Shown piece by piece: positions 19,247 to 28,952 of a stretch of DNA of 64,000 nt (its first letter is position 1; each line of letters opens with the position of its first letter). The notes below the pieces were generated by a model, which had not been told where the DNA came from, searched no databases, and was given only the letters and a program-made list of their open reading frames with translations. Source of the stretch: Sphingomonas sp. (GTDB lineage: Bacteria; Pseudomonadota; Alphaproteobacteria; Sphingomonadales; Sphingomonadaceae); the NCBI RefSeq assembly GCF_030145815.1, contig NZ_JAIXHL010000011.1, positions 62,562-126,561 on the forward strand. The letters run 5' to 3'. Position numbers and translations under genes: made by a program.

Positions 19247-19766
19247 ACACACTCTCGCGATCCCTTTCTGCCCGGGTGATATCGTGCGCTATGTGGCTTG
19301 CTCATGTGCTGGACGACTCTAGCTTCAACACTGCTGATCTGTGAAGGACCACCACACCGGTTCTGCTTGCCTGGCTTAGCCCTTGCGCTCGACCCACCCG
19401 ATCGGCCTTGCACCCTTCCAAACTTCGCAAACAGGGCAGTCCGGATCTTCCTTGGCCGACCTCATTGCCTGATCGTCACTGGGCGCCTCGACGTCCTTGC
19501 CCTTCACGATGCGTCGCGAAGCGTCGTCCAACTTGTATACTCGGTAGTGTCCCATGCAGTCCCCCCGGGGGAACCAATTTCAAAAAACGCTTCGGAAATC
19601 AATGATCTGGATCAGACTTGGCATCCTAGCGAATGCTCGAAGTGACAGGCGATACACCAGCTGAAGATCCAGCACGCGGCGAGCATCCGCTCGACCGCCC
19701 CCAGCTAGGTCAACTGCAATCCACTAAAAACAAAAGTTCCCATCAGCAGCACGTGCAGAGCAAGGA

Positions 19767-20006
19767 TCAGTCTACAACCGTGATCAACTCGCGGAAGGGG
19801 ATGCTGGCCAGCACCTTGCCCTGCTCGTCTGCAACGTTGATCCGGTGGCCGAGCGCAATCGACCGTCCTGCGAGAAGATGCTCGGCCATCATGGCACGCG
19901 CAGAACGTATCGCTTCCGCTCGAGCGGTGGCGAGGTCGGGATAGTCGCTGCCATCCTCGTCAGGGACATCGATGTCGTTAAACAGATGAAGGTGAAAGCG
20001 CGGCAA
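19767..20006 (-). CDS. DUF6894 family protein
   Basis: MPRFHLHL...DEDGSDYPDLATARAEAIRSARAMMAE...INVADEQGKVLASIPF; TTG start at 20006. Confidence 0.8.
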   Translation of the reverse strand: MPRFHLHLFNDIDVPDEDGSDYPDLATARAEAIRSARAMMAEHLLAGRSIALGHRINVADEQGKVLASIPFRELITVVD

Positions 20007-20181
20007 GCGCCCAAAATGCCGGACGTGTCCGATCGGTTGCAAGACTTGACCGAGTTTAGTGAGGGAGATGATAGCACATATTAATCCAGATCACAGCGAC
20101 CCGCTTCCATTGGCGATGGCGAGGCTCGCTCGAAGGGGAGTTACTGTATTGATGACGACCTGGGTGACGGATGCGCACTGA

Positions 20182-20499
20182 TCGTCAGTTCGCAATGCTG
20201 TCGTTTATCGAGCGACTGCGCAGACGCGCCTCGCTTATCTCGTCGGCGAGATCGCAATGCGGATGGAAAGCGCAGGACTCGGCACGCGAAACGCATTTCA
20301 GCTGACCGCCACCCAAACGCAGGTCGGCGATGCACTCGGGCTGACCTCCTCGCATGTCAATCGCACCTTCAAGGCACTGCGCACGCTTGGTCTGATTTCA
20401 ATCGCCGGCAAAGCCATCAGGGTTCCCGATTGGCATGCGCTTGCTCGCGCTGGAGACTTCGACAGCAGCTACCTGAGCGTTGGGTGCGCCGTCAGCTGA
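20182..20499 (+). pseudogene. Crp/Fnr regulator remnant (C-terminal HTH only)
   Basis: In-frame ATAQTRLAYLVGEIAMR...LTATQTQVGDALGLTSSHVNRTFKALR; in-frame TGA at 20179-20181; no cNMP domain. Confidence 0.65.
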
Positions 20500-20591
20500 G
20501 AGACGCTAATCTCGGCCTGAGCAGCGCGGCGTCGACCCGGCTGATGTCCCCTACGAGCGCCGATGCAACCACACACGGATGATTGTGAGTC

Positions 20592-21134
20592 CTAAGCGGG
20601 CTCCGGACCTGGATAGCGAATTTCCTGAGCAATAGCGAAAGCGCCAGGGGTCACCTTCGCTGGTGTGACCGTGTTCTCGCCCATCAGATGTAATACGGTG
20701 CGACCAGCTAGGATCAAATAATCCGCGACAATGCGGCGATGGCACCTCCACCAGACGGCCTCCGCGCACATAATCGCCGTCGGTCGCTCCGCTGCGTCCT
20801 GCAAGAGAGCGGCTAAGCCTAGCCGAAATGCCGGCGATAAAGCGTAATCCGCGTAATTGTGGAAGCTCTGGTTCCGCCACAAACCGTTGACGTAGGGTTC
20901 GACCTCAGACTTCTTCCGCAATCCGCCAAGCTCGGCGATACGCTTGTGTGCGATTTGATAAGGCTCGAGTTCAGCCGCGAGCGCATCGAGATTGTATTTC
21001 GGATTCGTGCGTGAGCGCGGCACGGTGCGAATGTCGATCACCAGCCGCACGCCACCGGCTTGCAGGAGGCTCGCAAACTCCGGGATCGTTCTGGTCGAAT
21101 GTCCTATCGTATATATCGGAGGCATCTCAGGCAT
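20592..21134 (-). CDS. DUF488 family protein
   Basis: IYTIGHSTR, IDIRTVPRSRTNP, LGGLR, FHNYADY, IMCAEAVWWRCHRRIVADYL. Confidence 0.92.
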   Translation of the reverse strand: MPEMPPIYTIGHSTRTIPEFASLLQAGGVRLVIDIRTVPRSRTNPKYNLDALAAELEPYQIAHKRIAELGGLRKKSEVEPYVNGLWRNQSFHNYADYALSPAFRLGLAALLQDAAERPTAIMCAEAVWWRCHRRIVADYLILAGRTVLHLMGENTVTPAKVTPGAFAIAQEIRYPGPEPA

Positions 21135-21930
21135 CGGACTGGTCCGCACGATCCAGCTTCATCAGACTGTCGCCTGCATCCAAGCCATCGATCAGTCCCT
21201 GAAGCATCGGGCGCAGCCGTGTGAGCTCTTCGCGATGCGACTGAGCTAACGAGGCGATGATCCTGGAACCCATGCGTGAGATGGAGACGTCCACTCGGCG
21301 GCCGTCAATGTCCGATTTGAAACGTGTGACGAGACCCGCGGCTTCAAGCCGGCTGAGCAGTTCGCTTGCGCTATGCGGGGCCAAAAGCATCTGTTCTGCA
21401 AGCTCCCCGACCGAGAGCTGTCGGTCGGGTGTTGCGCGCAGGGCGAGCAGCACCTGATACTGTTGCGCGGTGAGGCCTGCCTCCTCAGCCGCCTTCTCGC
21501 TAAAACGAAGAAACCGGCGCAGATCGCGCCTGAAGGCCGCTAGGACGGCGTAGTGGCTATCCGAGAATGCATCGTCGTCCAAGTAGTTGAGAACTCCAAA
21601 GTTCGAAGATCCTAAACGTTGATCGCCGGCGGTCTCGCCACTTGCAAACAAAGCGCCCAGCACGTGCATGATGTCCCATTCGTCCGGGCTCACCGGGTGC
21701 TCAACCTTGAGCGCTGTGGCGGTCGAACCACCCGCGGCTACTTCCGCGACAGCAACGGTGACACGGTGTTGCTCGCTTTCAAGCCCCACCTCCTCCCACG
21801 GACAAGCGCTCGGATGTGTTTCTCGCCATATGCGGCTTGCCAATCGGTCGATTTGAGCAGGGCTAGGCACAAGATCGCGACCGATGCAGGTGGCCAGAAC
21901 CGGCCAAACCGAAGCTTCCGCGGCAGCCAT
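21127..21930 (-). CDS. MarR family regulator with ~120-aa N-terminal extension
   Basis: C-half LAAFRRDLRRFLRFSEKAAEEAGLTAQQYQVLLAL...VGELAEQM...HSASEL..RLE..GLV.R...DGRRV; strong AAGGAGGG RBS before ATG 21930. Confidence 0.85.
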   Translation of the reverse strand: MAAAEASVWPVLATCIGRDLVPSPAQIDRLASRIWRETHPSACPWEEVGLESEQHRVTVAVAEVAAGGSTATALKVEHPVSPDEWDIMHVLGALFASGETAGDQRLGSSNFGVLNYLDDDAFSDSHYAVLAAFRRDLRRFLRFSEKAAEEAGLTAQQYQVLLALRATPDRQLSVGELAEQMLLAPHSASELLSRLEAAGLVTRFKSDIDGRRVDVSISRMGSRIIASLAQSHREELTRLRPMLQGLIDGLDAGDSLMKLDRADQSDA

Positions 21931-22006
21931 AACACCCTCCTTCAGTTTGTCGCCGGGGCCGTTGTCAGCGGCCTTGATCAGCGGGATGATCCCTTCATTG
22001 CAAATT

Positions 22007-22025
22007 TATATCGTGATCCGATATA
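22007..22025. promoter_or_regulatory. Inverted repeat, candidate MarR operator
   Basis: TATATCG-TGATC-CGATATA, a perfect 7-bp inverted repeat in an AT-rich patch between the divergent marR and UDG genes. Confidence 0.55.
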
Positions 22026-22050
22026 TAGTGTGGTTCGGCGTTGAAGCAAG

Positions 22051-22674
22051 GTGGTGGGTCACGTGTTCGACCAAGGCAGATCGGCGGCAGGGTTAGCATC
22101 GCTCGATTTTGCGCGATTGATGGAGGAAGTTCGGGCGTGCAGTGCCTGTGAGACGAAGCTGCCGCTCGGCGCGAGGCCGATCCTTCAGCTTGCGCCGGGC
22201 GCGCGATTGCTGGTTGCAAGCCAGGCGCCCGGAACCCGCGCGCATCGAAGCGGTAAACCATTCTCGGACGCGTCGGGAGAACAGCTCCGGCGATGGATGG
22301 ATGTCACGGATGCGGAATTCTACAATTCGGCGTTGGTCGCGATCCTTCCCATGGCTTTGTGCTATCCCGGTCGTGCCGACAGCGGCGACGCGCCACCCCG
22401 GCCGGAATGCGCGAAATTGTGGCGCGACCGATTGCTTCAGCAGCTTCCCGAGATCGAGCTGACCCTGCTGGTGGGCACCTACGCGCAGGATCATGTGTTG
22501 GGCGGGGGACGCATGACCGACCGCGTGCGGAACTTCGATGCTTACCTCCCAAACTATCTTCCACTGCCGCATCCATCCTGGCGCTCTCGGGGATGGATGA
22601 TGCGCAATCCGTGGTTCGAGGAAGAGGTGCTTCCCGTAGTGCGCAGACGGGTCGCTCAAGTGCTCCGCCGGTGA
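22051..22674 (+). CDS. Uracil-DNA glycosylase family protein (Fe-S type)
   Basis: CSAC, QAPG, FSDASG, LCYPG, PRPEC, PLPHPSWR. Start uncertain (22051 or 22120). Confidence 0.9.
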   Translation: MVGHVFDQGRSAAGLASLDFARLMEEVRACSACETKLPLGARPILQLAPGARLLVASQAPGTRAHRSGKPFSDASGEQLRRWMDVTDAEFYNSALVAILPMALCYPGRADSGDAPPRPECAKLWRDRLLQQLPEIELTLLVGTYAQDHVLGGGRMTDRVRNFDAYLPNYLPLPHPSWRSRGWMMRNPWFEEEVLPVVRRRVAQVLRR

Positions 22675-22745
22675 ATGGCTCCCCGCCAGTTCAAGGCGCG
22701 ATCGACCTCATATGCTGAGCTCCGGCCGGACGAGGGAGGAGTGAG

Positions 22746-22964
22746 ATGGAGGAGGAGACGGCCCGCTTCCGATGCATGGGAGACGACGACACGCCGCTGA
22801 TCGTGATCGAGTTTCGGCACGCCCTGACGGTGCTAGGGAAACGCGGGCACCGCACATTTCCCGGTGCGATCCGATTGGCGCTCTCGACTGGCGAGGCGGT
22901 TCGCTACATCGCTCTGGACCTTTTTGAGGTGGTCGATACCGGTGAACTTCTCCGCCGGCTGTAA
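22746..22964 (+). CDS. Hypothetical 72-aa protein
   Basis: GGGAGGAG RBS; plausible beta-rich composition. Confidence 0.6.
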   Translation: MEEETARFRCMGDDDTPLIVIEFRHALTVLGKRGHRTFPGAIRLALSTGEAVRYIALDLFEVVDTGELLRRL

Positions 22965-23090
22965 TCGGCGATGCTGCGGGATCAGGGCGCGACAGCAGTG
23001 CCGGAACCGCGAGAACTCAGACCCGGGCGTGACGGGAACACCGTCGTTCCGGCCGCTCAGGCGGCAGGATCGAAAGCAGGAAGCCATCGA

Positions 23091-24095
23091 CTAGTTCAGC
23101 ACAACCGCCAATCCCCGCGCCACCGCGCGCTGCGGCGCATCCGTCACCCTGACAGCTATCCCTGTCGAGCGCTGAATACGTTCGGCCACAAGCGCAGTCA
23201 GAGCAGCACCGCCAGTCAGCGTAATCCCGTCCTCGAGGATCCCAGATACAAGGTCGGGCTGCGTTGCCGCGAAAGCGGCCCGCACGGCCGACGCAACCTC
23301 ATCGGCGTGCCTCTCGACAATGGGGCGAAGCTCTTCGACGTCGAGCGCCAGGACGCGCGGCAAACCGTTCCTCATGTCCAGACCCTTGACCTCAACATGC
23401 GAGCGCCCGGGCGACATCAGCGCATCAGAGAGAGCGATTTTAGGCCCCTCGGCGGTCGACTGCCCGATGTTGAACTGCCTGCGCAGATGAAGATGGTGGA
23501 TCAGAGCGGCGTCGACCGCATCCCCGCCGCCCCGCACCGATCGTGACACGCAGATTCCGCCAAGCGAGATCACGACGATGTCGGTCGTGCCCGCGCCACA
23601 GTCGACGATCATCCGGCCGCGCGCTTCAGCCACGTCCAATCCGGACCCAATGGCGGCAAGCATCGGTTCGGCGAGGAGCATCGGCTCGGGAAGCCCAGCA
23701 TCGTGCGCGGCGCGTCCAAGCGCGCGACGTTCGGCCTGTGTTGCGTCCGTTGGCACGCCGATGACGACGCGGGAGGCCCGCAGTCTCCTTCTTGGCGTCA
23801 GCGGTTTCAGCGCGAACTTCAGCAGTTCGCATGTCGCCCTTACATCCACCAGGACTCCGTTTCGCAACGGCCGAACGGTTCGCAGGCGTTTGACTTCACG
23901 GCCGACTATCGGTTGCGCCTCGGCCCCGGCGGCAAACAGCTTGCCGTCGGCTCCGACCGAGCCGTCAAAGCAGCATACCGACGGCTGCTCAAACATCACG
24001 CCTCCAGCCTTATCAACGACCAGAGTGTTGGCGGTGCCGAGATCGATGGCGAAGTCCGGTTTCTTCTTTGCCCACGAGAGTGCTTCTTCGAACAT
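23091..24095 (-). CDS. MreB/Mbl-like actin-family ATPase (orphan paralog)
   Basis: FAIDLGTANTLV, EQPSVC, IVDCGAGTTDIVVISLGG, ITLTGGAAL; no mreC/mreD nearby. Confidence 0.88.
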   Translation of the reverse strand: MFEEALSWAKKKPDFAIDLGTANTLVVDKAGGVMFEQPSVCCFDGSVGADGKLFAAGAEAQPIVGREVKRLRTVRPLRNGVLVDVRATCELLKFALKPLTPRRRLRASRVVIGVPTDATQAERRALGRAAHDAGLPEPMLLAEPMLAAIGSGLDVAEARGRMIVDCGAGTTDIVVISLGGICVSRSVRGGGDAVDAALIHHLHLRRQFNIGQSTAEGPKIALSDALMSPGRSHVEVKGLDMRNGLPRVLALDVEELRPIVERHADEVASAVRAAFAATQPDLVSGILEDGITLTGGAALTALVAERIQRSTGIAVRVTDAPQRAVARGLAVVLN

Positions 24096-24161
24096 TGGTC
24101 GCCTTGCGTTGAGGAGAGCGCCCAATACGGTCAACGCCCAGGGTCCGTCGAGGCCGATGGT

Positions 24162-24998
24162 TCAAGCGGCCGGGGGCGGATCCGTCTCCGGCCCATCATC
24201 GTCGTCAGGAAAATCCGGGTTGTCATTAGCTGGCTGCCAGGGACCGGCGGCGAACGCTTGTCTGGTTGCGGCCGAGACGGCGCGCAGCGATGCACGGCAC
24301 GGCATCCTGATCACTCGGTCCTGACGCACCATTTCGATCAGCGCCGCCTCGTCGGGACGCGATGTAAAGTGCAATTGGATTCCCGGCACGTCCGTCAATC
24401 TGAGCGCGCATGCCTCCGACAGACACCAGACATTTCCTCGCCATGAGGTGCCCGCCAAGACGCGTGCGACCCGTTCCGCTGCCCGTGGTGAGTGGACCAG
24501 AATACCGTCGATCGACGGCAGCTCTGTTCTCACTTGCAGCAACCAGCGTATCGCAACGGCCTGCGCGGTGTAGACTATCCGACGTTCCACCAGATAGCCA
24601 AAGCGCCGGAGAAATCCCTTGAGGTCCCCAGCCGTTTCGCGCGCGCCAAAGTGAACGATGCGGGCAGGTGGAGCCAGGTCATTCAAGATCAGTCGTTGCA
24701 GGTCTCGAACGTCGCCACTGGCAGAACGAACGTCGGAATACCCGGCATCCCGAGCGGCGCCAGCGGTAGCGTTCCCGACCGCAAACACAGGTAAAGTCTT
24801 GTATTCCGCCCGAATGGGATGGTGCCGAACGCCGTTCATACTGGTGAATACGATGGCGTCCGGCAGCAGCTCAGGCTGCTCGGTCGAGAACGGCCGCACG
24901 CCGAGCACCGGCACGCTTACAACGTCATGCCCGAGCGCTTTCAGGCGGGTCGCCGTGGAGCGATTGTCCGGTTCGGTGCGGGTCACCCAAATGCGCAT
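24162..24998 (-). CDS. hemD: Uroporphyrinogen-III synthase
   Basis: IWVTRTEP, IVFTSMNGV, FAVGNATA, VYTA, VHSPRAA; acidic Pro-rich C-terminal tail. Confidence 0.85.
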   Translation of the reverse strand: MRIWVTRTEPDNRSTATRLKALGHDVVSVPVLGVRPFSTEQPELLPDAIVFTSMNGVRHHPIRAEYKTLPVFAVGNATAGAARDAGYSDVRSASGDVRDLQRLILNDLAPPARIVHFGARETAGDLKGFLRRFGYLVERRIVYTAQAVAIRWLLQVRTELPSIDGILVHSPRAAERVARVLAGTSWRGNVWCLSEACALRLTDVPGIQLHFTSRPDEAALIEMVRQDRVIRMPCRASLRAVSAATRQAFAAGPWQPANDNPDFPDDDDGPETDPPPAA

Positions 24999-25465
24999 GG
25001 CTTCCCCGTCCTGAAGAGCGGCGAGATACGGCCCCGGCGAGAGAAATTTGGCGATGCGATCTTTAGCACGCGGACCTCTACCAATCGCCCTCGCTCCATC
25101 GGCCAGAGCAACGATTGACCTGGTCGGAGGCCTAACAATGCGGCTCCAAAGCGCGTTTCGACGCCAAGGCGACGTTTAGTGACGTCAGTTCCGTGCACCA
25201 GTGTCGCCTGCAGTGTTCGGCCTTGGACCGAGTAGACCACGTCGCTTCCACATTGCGCGAGCGTTCCGTCGCTTTGAGCATCAGGCATTCGCGACATCGC
25301 CAGCTTTGCCGAAAGCAGACGCGCGACGAGTTCGTCATCCATGCTCAGGACGACGCCACGCAGATAACGAGCATTGCCAGCATCGATCTCGACATCGAGA
25401 TCCTTGTGAAGCGCGGTCCAGATGTGAACTAGCGAGTCGATGACGGAGGGACAGATAGCATTCAC
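24983..25465 (-). CDS. GreA/GreB-C-domain protein, divergent Rnk-like
   Basis: DELVARLLSAKL..., GSDVVY, TLVHG, FGAALLGLRPGQSLLWP. Confidence 0.7.
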   Translation of the reverse strand: MNAICPSVIDSLVHIWTALHKDLDVEIDAGNARYLRGVVLSMDDELVARLLSAKLAMSRMPDAQSDGTLAQCGSDVVYSVQGRTLQATLVHGTDVTKRRLGVETRFGAALLGLRPGQSLLWPMERGRLVEVRVLKIASPNFSRRGRISPLFRTGKPCAFG

Positions 25466-25476
25466 GTCTACCCTCC

Positions 25477-25674
25477 CTAATGAACCGTGTTGGTCGCGCT
25501 GCGACGCGCCTTTGCCAGCTCCGCAACACTGCTCGCCAATGCACGCGCGCGTGGGAAGACTTTCCTGTCCATCTCCTGGAAATCAGGATCCGAACACACG
25601 AACCTAAATCCTCCGGGAACGCGAATGGCGATCCCTACCACCCGATGGTCGGCCTCGACCACGAACCTGTCCAT
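25477..25674 (-). CDS. Conserved hypothetical 65-aa protein
   Basis: FVVEAD..VVGIAIRVPGGFRF..SD..F..MD...F pattern of a small alphaproteobacterial family; 11-bp gap to the next gene. Confidence 0.7.
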   Translation of the reverse strand: MDRFVVEADHRVVGIAIRVPGGFRFVCSDPDFQEMDRKVFPRARALASSVAELAKARRSATNTVH

Positions 25675-26110
25675 TTGAACCTCCGCGCACGATCGCGGCC
25701 GGACCCAAGTCGGCGCACGCGATCGGAAATCACGATTCCAGCTCGAGCTGGGGAGGGTGCCCTAGGTCAGATGCCTGCAGCTAGCAGGTTCAGCCCAGGG
25801 CAGGCAGGCGCTCGGTGCTGCTGCCGGGATGCACTTCGACGTGCCGGATCAGGACCTGCGAGGACATGTGCCAATCATGGCCCATTCAGACGCAAAGTCA
25901 AACACAGCGGGCAGCTTGCCGAGGTAAGAGAGAACCCTTTAGATAGGCCCGATGCCTTTCGTTTCATCGCGCGTGCCACTTTACCTGCGTTCGGAACGCA
26001 GTCCGACCCGCTAGCTCGCGGCCGCTGTGCGGCCGCAGCGCGCCGAACCCACTATAGGGTTCAACCAGACCAGCTTATCGAGAGGCGCGGCGAACCGCGC
26101 CGCATGCACC

Positions 26111-27061
26111 ATGAACTCGCGATTTTTCAAAACCGAGGCCGAATCGTCCAAAAGGCGTCTCAGGCTTTGGCACTCACCCTATCTGTTGCTGACCTGCACC
26201 GCGCTTTTCTGGGCCGGCAATTCCATCGTTGCGCGTGGCGCGCGGGAATTCGTCCCGCCGGTCGCCTTGTCATTCTGGCGCTGGACACTCGCGCTGTTGA
26301 TCCTCCTGCCGATTGCTTGGCCGCATCTTCGCCGCGACCTGCCCACCTTGCGCGCGTCGTGGCGAACGGTGGTTGTCCTGGGGGCGCTGGGCATTGGAGC
26401 GTTCAACACGTTACTCTACACAGGTCTTCAGACAACCACGGCCGTCAATGGTCTCCTCCTACAATCGCTACAGCCCGGCCTGATCCTGCTTCTCGGAATT
26501 CTGATTTTCTCTGAACGAGCCCGGCTTCTACAAGGCATTGGCATCCTCCTCTCGATCGCCGGTGCGCTAGTCATCATATCGAAGGGGCAGATGAGTGCTC
26601 TGCTGGCACTCAGGATGAATACGGGCGATCTCGTCATCTCTGGCGCTGTGGTGATTTGGTCGCTCTACTCGGTGCTGCTTCGCAAGCGGCCAGCCGTGCA
26701 TCCACTGAGCTTCCTGGCAACAACGCTAGCAGTGGGCGTAGTCGTGGTCCTTCCGTTTTACATAGCCGAGATCGCCTCGGGCCGGTTGATCGAGGATCGA
26801 TCGGAAAGCTGGATGGCGATCGCGTATGTATGTGTGTTCCCGTCCTTGATTGCTTACCTATGTTACAATCGAGGGGTCGAACTTCTCGGATCCGCGCCGG
26901 CGGGCCTCTACCTCAATATCATGCCCGTCATGGGAGCGTTGCTCGCCGCCATATTCCTTGGCGAAGCTATTCGCCCGTTCCACTTCGCTGGCGTGACACT
27001 GATCGCCGCTGGAATTGCCTGCGCAGCGATGCGCAGGGCTGGTGGGCGCGCCAGACCTTGA
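26111..27061 (+). CDS. DMT/EamA family transporter
   Basis: About 10 TM in two EamA repeats; LFWAGNSIV, FWRW, YNRGVELLG. Confidence 0.92.
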   Translation: MNSRFFKTEAESSKRRLRLWHSPYLLLTCTALFWAGNSIVARGAREFVPPVALSFWRWTLALLILLPIAWPHLRRDLPTLRASWRTVVVLGALGIGAFNTLLYTGLQTTTAVNGLLLQSLQPGLILLLGILIFSERARLLQGIGILLSIAGALVIISKGQMSALLALRMNTGDLVISGAVVIWSLYSVLLRKRPAVHPLSFLATTLAVGVVVVLPFYIAEIASGRLIEDRSESWMAIAYVCVFPSLIAYLCYNRGVELLGSAPAGLYLNIMPVMGALLAAIFLGEAIRPFHFAGVTLIAAGIACAAMRRAGGRARP

Positions 27062-27158
27062 CTTCGCAAAGGCTTAGTCCATCTTGATCGCGTCATGTCG
27101 ACCGTTCGCGCCCTGATCGAAACGATCCCTGCAGGTAGCAGCACCCCACGCCTAAATC

Positions 27159-27184
27159 CCTAGGCGCGCAGGTCAGCGCCTAGG
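27159..27184. repeat. 9-bp perfect inverted repeat
   Basis: CCTAGGCGC-N8-GCGCCTAGG, intergenic; no U-tract. Confidence 0.6.
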
Positions 27185-27316
27185 ATCTCCGGTCGGTCGC
27201 CCCACGCGACCGCCAACTGGGCGCCGTTCGGTCACAGGCAACACTCCCTCGCCAAGCCGTGCGGCGCCCTTTCCCGGAGGGCGGCAGCCCCCGCTTGCAT
27301 CAGAAAGGGATCTTCC

Positions 27317-27523
27317 GTGACGGAAAAGACCATCGCCTACTTCAGGCGGCGCGCTCGATATCATCTCGCCAAGTCCGCGTTGTCGGATACCGGCATCGCA
27401 TTGATCCACCGGCGTTTCGCGCAACTGTATTCCGAAAGGGCCGCCAGGCTCGACGAGACTTGCGGGTCCGCGCCGACCGACGGGCGAGATACCTACCGAA
27501 TCGTTGGTGCGGTCCCAGTCTGA
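27317..27523 (+). CDS. Hypothetical 68-aa protein
   Basis: YFRRRAR.H...A......A.IH..FA.LY.ERA pattern common in sphingomonad microproteins; GTG start with GGGA RBS. Confidence 0.6.
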   Translation: MTEKTIAYFRRRARYHLAKSALSDTGIALIHRRFAQLYSERAARLDETCGSAPTDGRDTYRIVGAVPV

Positions 27524-27585
27524 CCCGCGCATTTCGACACGCTGGGGGCGTGACCGCCACGCCCCCCGCTCAGCGAGTAGCCCCC

Positions 27586-28035
27586 ATGAAACCTACCATC
27601 TTCGCCACGGCCTTGTTGCTCATGCTGGCCGGATGTTCAGAGATCCCGAAAGATGCAGAAGGCACCATCGACCGCGTCCGGCAGACGAAGGTGCTCCGTG
27701 CCGGAGTCATCGCGGAAGGCAATGTGCCACATAATCCGTCGCTTGATCGACTCGTGGGCTTGGTGGCCGCGGACACTGGAAGCCGTCCCGACATCGTGCG
27801 AGGCTCGACGGAGACGCTGCTGCCCATGATCGAGCGAGGCGATCTCGACCTCGTCGTCGGCGAGCTCGCGCGCGATACGCCTTGGGCCACCCGTGTTGCC
27901 ATCATGCCTTCGCCAGAGCAGATGAAGTCGAAAGATGGCGATCCACAACCGGTAGCTGTAGTCCGCAACGGGGAGAATGCTTGGATTGCGCTCATCCACC
28001 CGCGTGCGATGTTCCTGACGCGAGTAGCGAAGTGA
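27586..28035 (+). CDS. Lipoprotein with truncated periplasmic-binding-protein-like fold
   Basis: Lipobox LAGC; LRAGV, LLPMIERGDLDLVVG, VRNGENAW; GTGA overlap with the CDF gene. Confidence 0.8.
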   Translation: MKPTIFATALLLMLAGCSEIPKDAEGTIDRVRQTKVLRAGVIAEGNVPHNPSLDRLVGLVAADTGSRPDIVRGSTETLLPMIERGDLDLVVGELARDTPWATRVAIMPSPEQMKSKDGDPQPVAVVRNGENAWIALIHPRAMFLTRVAK

Positions 28036-28952
28036 TCGACCGTCTTCCCGAATATGTCCGCCGCGACTTGCAACACGCGCGAAGTTTAGAATGGTGGACA
28101 CTCGCCTGGATGTCCTCGGTTGTTTTCGTCATGTGGCTGGTGATGGGTTCCAGCCAAGCGATGAAGACCGCGCTGATCGAAGACGTGCTCAGCCTCGTCC
28201 CAGCCATCGTCTTCCTGGTGGCGCTGCACTTCGAGCGCAAGGACGCGACCCGAGCATTTCCCTTCGGCTTTCACCGCGTCCAGAGCCTATCATCGCTGAT
28301 CGCAGCGGTGGCTCTATGCTCCGTCGGCGCAATTCTAGTGTTCGACTCGCTGACATCGCTAGTCGCGCGCGAGCATCCGACCATGCCGCCTGTGCGCATT
28401 CTTGGCCATGAGATATGGCAAGGCTGGGTCATGATCGCGGCTCTCGTTTACTCGGTCGTGCCACCGATGATCTTGGGCAGGATGAAGCAGCCGATCGCGC
28501 GCCGTCTCGAAGACGAGGTGCTCGATACGGACGCCATGATGCAGAAGGCTGACTGGATGACGGGGCTGGCAGGCATCGCCGGCGTCCTCGGCGTAGCGTT
28601 TGGACTCTGGTGGGCGGACGCCGCTGCTGCTGCCTTTATCTCGTTCAGCATACTCAAGGACGGCATCACGTCACTACGCGTCGCTACAGCCGAGCTCGTC
28701 GATGGCACTCCGCGGAGGCTCGGGAAGGTCGAACTGGCACATGACGCAAGAGCGCTAAAGGCAACGCTTGAGCGCATGTATCCTGGATCATCCGTCCGTC
28801 TTCGCGCGACAGGCCGATTTATTCATGCCGAAGTGCACGGAGCAGTCCCTACTCAACCGCTGGAGCTGGCTGAAATATGGCCCGGCGATCCAGGCAAGTC
28901 GTGGCGCTTGGCTCAAGTGAGCTTCGTGCCCGGTGAGGGGGACAAAGCGTGA
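28032..28952 (+). CDS. Cation diffusion facilitator (CDF) family transporter
   Basis: GSSQAMKTALIED, FPFGFHR, KADWMT, WWADAAAA..ISFSIL..G; six TM. Confidence 0.85.
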   Translation: MIDRLPEYVRRDLQHARSLEWWTLAWMSSVVFVMWLVMGSSQAMKTALIEDVLSLVPAIVFLVALHFERKDATRAFPFGFHRVQSLSSLIAAVALCSVGAILVFDSLTSLVAREHPTMPPVRILGHEIWQGWVMIAALVYSVVPPMILGRMKQPIARRLEDEVLDTDAMMQKADWMTGLAGIAGVLGVAFGLWWADAAAAAFISFSILKDGITSLRVATAELVDGTPRRLGKVELAHDARALKATLERMYPGSSVRLRATGRFIHAEVHGAVPTQPLELAEIWPGDPGKSWRLAQVSFVPGEGDKA

